From Octopus vulgaris (Eukaryota), in assembly GCA_951406725.2 (NCBI GenBank), contig OX597838.1:30690001-30754000 (forward strand): 64,000 nt of DNA, given 5' to 3'. A program made the position numbers and the translations under genes. Below are positions 53,939 through 64,000 of this stretch, one piece after another. The notes under the pieces are model-generated. The model did not search any database. It saw only the letters and a program-made list of their open reading frames with translations, and was not told the origin of the DNA. Every line of letters starts with the position of its first letter. Position 1 is the stretch's first letter.

Positions 53939-54467
53939 AAATGAGAAAATGGAGAAATATATCTAAATCAATCATCAACTATCAGATAATACCGAATCAT
54001 ATATATATATAGAGAGATATATTTCGCCCAAAGATTGGTCCGGGCCATGTCTAACTTAATAGCACCACCTGATAGGATTATCTAAATCCTTTTAAAGTCA
54101 AGTTTTCTGGTATCATGGTCCATTCAAGTAGGGAGTTCTTCTTGAATGAATTGTATCCAGATATGAGTAGATTATCTGGTATTCTTTGAAGAAATTTTCC
54201 AGGTACCATTTAAAGGTGATGGGTCCCTTTTCGTCTTTGATCAATTTTGGGACAATGTTAAACAGGGCAGGGCCTGTTGAGGAAAAGAATCTGTGTCGCA
54301 GTGTACCTATATGTTGTGATCCTGAATTGTGTAGGGGACGTATGGCCCGTGGTCCTAGCCTTGGATGAACCTTGAGGCTAATGTTCAGGTCATTTGGGCA
54401 ATGCTTGCGGTATATTCTCTACATCGTGCAACACACATACACACATCTTGTATATCTATATGTATGC

Positions 54468-54521
<54 letters not shown>

Positions 54522-54628
54522 CCACATATATATATGTACACACACACATACATACATATATATATATACATGCATCTATCTATCTATTATTATTATTATT
54601 GTTTTTATTATTGTTACTATTATTACTA

Positions 54629-54674
<46 letters not shown>

Positions 54675-55619
54675 CATTATTATTATTATTATTATTTAAA
54701 CAGTTTCGGCTTCATGTTACTTAGAGTTTCTCAGGCTTCCCACAGAAACGTGGCCCATTCAAGCTATAAGAGTGGCTACAAGGGGAATCCATGTTAGCAT
54801 ATATGGAAATAATGATGGAAATAAACAGAGAAATCTTGTTGGGTTTGATGCGCAGAATATATAAACATGTATACTTGTAAATAAAGTAAAGACAAAGATT
54901 GAAGACTTTCAAACTCAAAGAATTAGTTAAGTACTGAAATCGAAATAAACGATTTGCTGGCGTGGTGCCAATATTTGAAAGAATTCCATGAGAATACGTA
55001 AAACCTGACAGATTCAGGAAGAAGCAGCAGAGTGCATGACATGAACAACGTTAGGTGAGAAAAATTAGGAAAACAGACGACATTGAAGCAAGCAGACGAC
55101 ATTGGAAGAAGCAGACGACACCTTAGGAAAGGATGACGTCGGTAAGTTTGCAGACGTCTTTAACGATAGAAGATGACATGTCAAAAAGTAATTCGGATAA
55201 TTTAAGATAAAATGGTAAAGAAAAGCAGCAAGAGAAACATCTGCAAACATCGCGAAGTTATCGGATTATTATTAAGACTGTCTACTGTCTAGGCTTTTTT
55301 TTTCATTAATTTACACATTATTGCTGTCGTCATGTTTCGCTCAGTGTCAATGACATTAAGCACACACACACACACTTTCTCTTTTTCTTTCTTACACACA
55401 CATGCACACACGCATATGCACACGCACACACACAAACACAGACACGCGCACACACACATGTACGTCATATATATATATATATATACAAATACGCGTGTGG
55501 GTATCTATCTATGGATGTGTGTACGCTCGAGCAAATATACATGTGTATATATGTATACGAGTGGCTGTACACTATTACAGACACAGTTTATACAAAGATG
55601 ACATATGCATATACATATA

Positions 55620-55711
<92 letters not shown>

Positions 55712-55712
55712 T

Positions 55713-55761
<49 letters not shown>

Positions 55762-55811
55762 TGCATACACACACGCACACGCACACACACACACACACAC
55801 GCACACACACA

Positions 55812-57560
55812 AGAGGGTTGGGTCGAAAGTAATGCAAATGTGGGCGTTCCTTTTTAATGAACGCACACCGGTCATTCAAACTCTACATGTGGCTAGAAAA
55901 ACTCTTCGTCTATACCCATGGTTATCAAACATTTCTTAGCTATGGACCCCTTTGAGTCCTATTCTACTCAAGAATGGGTGGGCCCTCATAACCATTCGAT
56001 TTCCAAAAATTCCTATTATATTTTTATGATTAAATATTATTAGGAAATGTATAAAAAAATATTTAAATATTTGGGGCATTGTAGAGATATGAGAAGATTA
56101 ATGCATATAAATTTTAGCATCAAAATCATATGGTCCCCGGGTGAGAAACGCAGCGCTATAGAAAAGTACTATTCAACATAATCTCTCCATCAAAAGCGAT
56201 GAATTTGCACCGCCATCGCTAAACCCGACTTTCGAATCCTCTTTCCAAAAAAGTGAGGCGTTCACTGTTGTCCCTATTTTTCTTCTCAGCCATTTCCCCC
56301 GCATATGTGTCCCTCAAAACGATGTTGCCGAATATAATTGTTATTAAACTGAAGAGGTGGAAGTCGGGTACGCCTGAACCAGGAACTACGCTTGATGAGG
56401 GTATCACTAACCACCCCAATTTGGCAGTTGCCTCATTTCTGTGTGGTTAGGCATTGTTATGGTGAGGGTGAATTGCTTTCTGATTCTTGGTCGATTTCTT
56501 CCTTCCAATGGTGCGGCGAGCTGGCAGAAACATTAGCACGCCGGACGAAATGCGTAGCCGTATTTCGTCTGTCGTTACGTTCTGAGTTCAAATTCTGCCG
56601 AGGTTGACTTTGCCTTTCATCCTTTCGGGGTCGATAAATTAAGTACCAGTTTTGCATAAGGCCAGCCTTACAATTAAGTACAGTTAAGTACCAGTTATGT
56701 AACCGACTTAATACCTATGTCTGTCCTTGTTTGTCCCCTCTGCGTTTAGCCCCCTGTGGGTAATAAAGAAATAGGTATCTCTGAGCCTTTTCAGTGTCTC
56801 AATGTACAGTTCACTGTTAACTGCACAGCCACACCCCAGAAAATCAAGGAGAAATGCTTCTATCAGAAGAGGGCAAACCTCCATCTTTCACCTCCACCAT
56901 TCTCACTTTTAAATCAATGTCAACTGCCGAAATACCCATTCTGTACACATTTTCGGATACCCAAAATCTGCCACCATCTTTTACAATGGCTCTTGACCAA
57001 GGTCCTGTTGTGCAACAAACAAATTTTGATTCGTTTGTTCGTGTAAATCAATTCGCCCACTTGGCGGCGAGTCATGCCAGTGGTTGTTGTCGTTGTTGAT
57101 GTTCTCTCGTGATGGTCTACCACTGTTTTGACTGTTTTTAATACTTATTTCTTTATTACCCACAAGGGGCTAAACACAGAGGGGACAAACATAGGTATTA
57201 AGTCGATTACATCGACCCCAGTGCGTAACTGGTACTTAATTTATCGACCCCGAAAGGATGAAAGGCAAAGTCGACCTCGGCGGAATTTGAACTCACAACG
57301 TAACGCAGACGAAATACCGCTAAGCATTTCGCCCGGCGTGCTAACGTTTCTGCCAGCTCGCCGCCTTTTAATACTGTTTTCAATACTGGTTACTTCTCCT
57401 TTAAACTTCTTCATCCATCTGCGAACACTAATCATGTCAGTTGTGTCACCTCCGTAAACAATCTGTAGTGGTTTGTGGATGTCGGAAAATTTGCTCGCTT
57501 CCTTCGTCAAGAAATCAATGGCAGCTCGTTGATTCTGCATCGAATCCAAACTCAGCCTGC
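55812..57560 (-). mobile_element. Decayed mariner transposon with nested SINEs (56512-56772 +, 57146-57365 -) and a MITE-like insert (~55914-56155)
   Basis: QRAAIDFLTKE...VYGGDTTDMISVRRWMKKFK, CTEWVFRQLT (WVPREL-like), PDFHLF, FLERGFE..RW; TSD TTTTAATACT for the 57146 SINE. Confidence 0.8.
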
Positions 57561-57834
57561 ACTGAAGAACAGCTAGAAGAGTAACTATAGAAGCAGTTGA
57601 ATGACATGTTAGTTACTCTTTCTCTTTTACTCTTTTACTTGTTTCAGTCATTTGACTGCGGCCATGCTGGAGCACCGCCTTTAGTCAAGCAAATCGACCC
57701 CGGGACTTATTCTTTGTAAGCCCAGTACTTATTCTATCGGTCTCTTTTGCCGAACCGCTAAGTGACGGGGACGTAAACACACCAGCATCGGTTGTCAAGC
57801 AATGCTAGGGGAACAAACACAGACACACAAACAT

Positions 57835-57875
<41 letters not shown>

Positions 57876-58799
57876 CATATATACGACAGGCTTCTTTCAG
57901 TTTCCGTCTGCCAAATCCACTCACAAGGCATTGGTCGGCCCGGGGCTATAGCAGAAGACACTTGCCCAAGATGCCACGCAGTGGGACTGAACCCAGAACC
58001 ATGTGGTTGGTTAGCAAGCTATTTACCACACAGCCACTCCATTTTCGCTTTATTTTAAGTACAGTCCAAGTGTTTGTTATTCACTTCCAGACGCACACAC
58101 AAACATATGAGTGAGTAAATAAACGAGAGCAATACTCAGCACATTCAACTGGAGTTTTAAGTGTTTAATAACAGAGTAACTCAGCTCAAAATTGAGGTCT
58201 CAGAGAAGGTGGGAGTAGAGAACACTGAAATCATGTATACATCATAAAATGTATGGGTCTGAGCGGAAAGGATTTAAAAGAAATTGAAAAATAGCTTGCA
58301 TGCTGGAATATTTAGGCTTTCATTGGTTAGTTCAAGTCACGTGGGTTCTTTAGCTAGCTTGTGACATCATCACATGAAACTTTCTTGATAAGATTCTTCC
58401 TTTATTCACCTGAAGTTTCGTAATTGCCAACTCTGTCTTTTTGAGAAGCTGTACATACTCTAGCAACCTGCAGGATCCATCAATGGGAAAGAGACTCGCC
58501 CTGTTAATGAATACACAAGCGAGAACCACTTAAATGTGGTTTCTCAAAATCAACTACTGACTGACCAATCGATTTTGAAATTCACAATCGCTTTATCTTT
58601 CAAAATCCGTGCACAATGAAGTAGTACTTCATTTGCCTGTGCGTGAACGTGTGAAGGAGTTGGTAGTAATTAGTCTTGAAAGTTTGCTCCGTTAGTCCGA
58701 TTTATTTTCGTACGGTAAAGTGATGTCTGACGATGTTATCATTTGCGCGATATAACAAAGCTTCGTCGAGGCATTTATTATTGTGGCAAAGATATATTG

Positions 58800-59970
58800 C
58801 CATGTTTATCCTGTTAATCCTAGACATTAAATTATTAAGGTTTTCATCCTAGTAGGTAGACCAGCACGCTGTAGGATCTCCCCATTCCTGATCTTGTCAA
58901 AGAGAGTGACATTCATGATTCGTCGTAGATCTCTCATTATATATGCATGTAACTTGTCTACTTGAGCATTATAGACTGTCCAGCTTTCAGCTCCATACAA
59001 CATGGAAGACAGCACTATAGCCTGATATACATTACACTTGACTCCCCATATAGAAACATCCTTATTTTACCACAGTCTCTCCTGCAGCGTGCCAAATGAA
59101 GCTCTAGCTTTGATCATTCTGTATGTGATTTCCTGATCCAGTCGTGCATTATCTGAGATGGTGTTACCTACGCACTTGAATGATTTGCATAAGGCCAGAC
59201 TTTCATGTCCAATAGGGATGTTTTCTTCTGTTACAGGGGCATTTAGGTTCTCCATAGGCTGGCAAACGCATTCTTTAAGCAGAACCATTGCGCAGCTCTG
59301 GTAAGGTTACCTACCAGTTTCTGCATATCTTCAGTGCTGTGGGAAACGGCGCACTATCATCAGCGAACTGAGTATCTCGCACTAGGGCCCTCGTAGTGGG
59401 CGTCTTCGCTTTATATTGTGCAGCGATGAACAGATTAACATCATGCTGCGTCTGGAGGTAAATCCCCCCTCCAACTTACTCAAAGGCAACTTCCAACTAC
59501 TGCGGGAGCAAGTACGCACCCATGATTAACTCCATATGTTACTACAAACTCGTTTGAGCTATTGCTATCTTGTACTACAAAGGCCTGCATTCCTTCATGC
59601 AGGGACCTGAACAAATCGATGGACCTTTGAGGACCCCACGTTTCTTAAGAACCACCCTAAGTCCATCACGGGATACTGTGTCGAAAGCCTTTGTGAAGAT
59701 TATGACCTCCGCATACATAGGCATGTTCTGCTTGATGTAATTTTCCTGAATTTGGCGAAGACGGAAGATAATATCCACAGTGCTTCTACCGCTACGGAAA
59801 CCACACTAAGTCACAGGTAAGACATTTGGACAGATATCCTCGTTTACTCTGTATAACAGAATACGAGCCAAGATCTTCCCAGTTATTGATAGAAGAGCTA
59901 TTCATCGGTAGCTTCCACAGTCCGCTCTACAACCTTTTTCGAAGATAGGAATGATGCTTGCGCCTTTCAT
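58800..59970 (-). mobile_element. RTE/BovB-like LINE reverse transcriptase pseudogene
   Basis: DIIFRLRQIQE...FTKAFDTVSR, RLDQEITYRMIKARASFGTLQERLW, MLYGAESWTV...LRRIMNV; stops and frameshifts. Confidence 0.85.
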
Positions 59971-60459
59971 AAGAAGCAGCTACATTCAAACCAAAAGGGC
60001 GATTATACCAGAAAATTTTGCAGTCGTATTGTTTTATAAGTATGTATAGATGGACATACTATCGTGACGTAGAAAATGCTATCCTTTGTCAATAAACAAC
60101 AGTTTATTGCTCAAATATGCAGCAATAAAACCAGTCTCTTTTCTTTCAGAGTGCTATTGTACAAATATGCAGCAAAGTTAAAGTATTCTCTCTCAGGAGT
60201 AATATTAACGTGACGTCTGCTAATATTACTAATGACATCTTTCAAGATTATAGAGGGTGATTGCAGTCTTTGTATATAAACAGTAGTGTCTCATTTGGCT
60301 TTCTAAAGGATCGGTATTTGCTAGTATTTACATCTAGATTACCATATTAATGTTGCTATTCATTGTGGTCGTTGGGTTAAATTCTTTAAATGATTTAGTC
60401 GAGACTTTTCTTGATTTATCGCGTGGGTGAACGTTCACACAATAAATACTCTTGTGTGC

Positions 60460-60520
<61 letters not shown>

Positions 60521-60564
60521 TATGTGCATGTGTATGTGTGCTTATACACGCACATACACACACG

Positions 60565-60603
<39 letters not shown>

Positions 60604-61063
60604 ACAAACACATACGCATACACATATAGATATAAGTAGAATAATAAACGAAGAAGGAAACGACGAATGCTTCTAACGTTGCAGAGATGAAAGGAGGCGG
60701 TGGTGGAGGACTGGGCGGTGACAGAAGACTGGCTGTAGATTAGCAGCCAGTCTGCCACCATCGCCGTCGGTGTGACCTCTGCGGCACCAGCAGCACCATC
60801 ATTTGGAAAGCTACTGCTGCTAGCACAAGCACCGGACTAAAACGGTGTCATTGCACCCTCCGGCTCTCTAAATGGCAGGATCTACGCAGATACACGTTTC
60901 TTTCACTGTATCCTTCTCAAAATGGACCTTTGCTCCTGAAACACATAAAGGTTTTTCGTCTCTGCATTGTTAGAAGCCTTCCTCATTTCCCTCTTCGTTT
61001 CATCTTCTTCGGTACTACAATGCTTCAAGCGAACTACGACGATCTTCTAATTATATGTATATA

Positions 61064-61473
61064 CTAGCAGTATCGCCCGGCGCTGCTCGGGTTTGTAAGG
61101 GAAATAACTATATAAGCATTTTTAGAGAGTTATAGCCAAAAAGTAGCAAAAAAATGCATTAAAAATGGAAAAAAAATGATGGTAAATTTTTTTTTAAATC
61201 GTTGACTCATCGTAGACATTTTTAGAGAGTTACTTCCCTTATATAATAGCGAAAAGAATGCATTAAAATGGAAAAAAATTATGGAAATTTTTTTTTTAAA
61301 TCGTAGACTCATCGTAGACTCATCGTAGACGCACGCTAATACCCAGAAGGGCTCGATATGAATCACGACTATAAGATACCCGGTTTTGGTTAAACTGCAC
61401 CGCAAAATGTGGGAGTTGTTAGGAATCTAAATCGTAGGAGACAGACACACAACTTCACTTTTATATATAAAGA
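61064..61473 (-). mobile_element. Non-autonomous Helitron
   Basis: Minus strand starts A|TCTTTATATATAAAAG and ends with GC hairpin CCCGAGCAGCGCCGGG then CTAG|T; internal ~100-bp duplication. Confidence 0.8.
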
Positions 61474-61572
61474 TTATTAGATAATAAAACGAATGGTTTT
61501 TATACCTGGTAGCTTACTGTTAAAGCACAATTACTTTCACAGTATTATATATCCATTACGGCTGCTCCTCAT

Positions 61573-62224
<652 letters not shown>

Positions 62225-62337
62225 CGTCGACCTTTTTTCGAGTAGTGTGCGTATTGTGAAAATGGTTAATGGACAATATGTCCAATTTTTCGGCATATTT
62301 GGTATTAGAAATTTTTTTCCTTTGCTCTCATTTATGC

Positions 62338-62390
<53 letters not shown>

Positions 62391-63706
62391 ACTTCTTTAA
62401 GTTTTATGCTCGAAGAAGTGCAATAATCTAACAGATTTGCATAGCAGACCGTGCATAGTCCAGCAATCGTTCAAGCGCAAAAGACATGACAACACCATTA
62501 GGAAATGCGAGAAAAAAAAACACGAGAAAATGTTAAGAGAAAATAAAGAGAAGTGTTAAGAAGAAAGGAGAATAAAGGTTATGTCCTTAAAAAAAAGATG
62601 AAGAATATTGAAATATTGGGTGTTTATAGCGAAAATAACTATACCTAATAAGGAAAAGATTAAAGTGCGTTAAACTGAATCGCTGACCCGATGAGAGGGA
62701 CATCTTCCTGTTCGATTACAAAAACTTGTCGAAATGCCTACATATTGTAAAACCTCTGATCTCGAGTTCAGAGATTAAGGATGTATGTTCTTTCCGCTAT
62801 ACCGAGTATGCAATTTTTTAATCCTTTAAGATATGGCTTAGATCTTTTAACGATGCTACACTTACTGGTGTTTGTCATATTGCTTTCATTCAATTTCTAG
62901 ATACGACATACTAACTTCGTACATTCATTTTTGTCTACACGCTTGAAAGACGAGTGGAACTGGCATATCTATTTTTGAAGTCATTTTTTTAATAGATATA
63001 TGTGCCTCCATGTTTAGATCAGCTTGCTAGAAATAAAACCGAAGAGCCAATCATGTTTCAGATTATAGTTTTCGAAAAGGAAGGACACGTTAGAAAATGC
63101 ATTCTTTGACAGACAAAAGAGGCGTTTTGGTTACAGCTGCAAAATTCTGCTTGTTTGTCGACTCCTTCATAGCTAGGAATAAATCACTATATATGTTACC
63201 AGACAACAGAGAATCCTCTATGTAAGAAATCCCCAAAACTTCTTCAATAATTTACCCCCTTAGCTTCTTGCATTTCATCTTTTACTCCCCACATTCACAC
63301 CTATACACTAAAATAATCGTTACATTTAAACTCGCATGTCATCGTGAAGACGCCTCCTTTAAGATCGCGCGTTAGTACATACTGACTATACGTAAATTTT
63401 TGTTCATACATACACACGTTCATACATAGAAGCACACACACACGCACACACACACACACACGCACGCACACACACTCACGCACACACACACACACGCACA
63501 CGCACGTATGTATTTTTGTGCGAGTAAAAATATACCATGATGCAGGTGTGTTATCAATGCTTTATCGTTTTATTAGAGTTCATTTGACGTCTCACGTGAC
63601 CGGATGTAGTAATGCGTTACCGACATCAAACATTACGACAGCTGTACCAGGCAGAGGGAATGGCCACAAAATGGCGAACACAACACATGCGTATGAACGC
63701 ACACAG

Positions 63707-63747
<41 letters not shown>

Positions 63748-64000
63748 TACACATGTATATACATCCATACTTATATTTATATATATATATATATATGTCT
63801 TTGTGTGCATATGCATTTATATACATGCTTGTTTTTTATACATAGAAACATATACATATGTACGTACGTGTATATATATATATGTGTGCGTGTGTATGTG
63901 TGTGTGTGCGTGCGTGTGTGTGTGTGTATGTGTGTGCGTGTGTTCGTGTGTGTGTGCGTGTGTGTGAGAGAGTGCTATGTATATAAACTGTTGTGTGGTC

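Noticed and set aside
60660-61050. GC-richer unique stretch as a possible coding exon
   Set aside because: The frames examined contain stops, and there is no recognisable peptide or splice sites.

Overview
This is AT-rich eukaryotic (animal) non-coding DNA. The SINE families and extreme microsatellite load fit an octopus/cephalopod genome best (inference from recall, no database search). No intact protein-coding gene is supported. Positions ~1-20.4 kb hold a tRNA-Val gene cluster with 20 full-length genes (8 AAC, 7 CAC, 5 TAC, none GAC). All share one near-identical body of the 'Val-TAC' type (GGTTCCA...TGGAACC) and all have a pyrimidine rather than A at discriminator position 73. The cluster also has ~12 decayed or deleted tRNA copies. 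It is organised as young ~2.8-3.0 kb tandem units (each carrying a mariner relic and a SINE) followed by older diverged units. One tRNA pseudogene is split by a SINE with six tandem 184-bp bodies inside a 12-bp TSD. The rest (21-64 kb) is microsatellite-dense DNA with several tRNA-derived SINE families, Tc1/mariner, RTE, CR1-like and RLE-type retrotransposon relics, Penelope-like fragments with hammerhead-ribozyme motifs, MITEs/foldbacks and a non-autonomous Helitron. Nearly all listed ORFs are simple-repeat artefacts.
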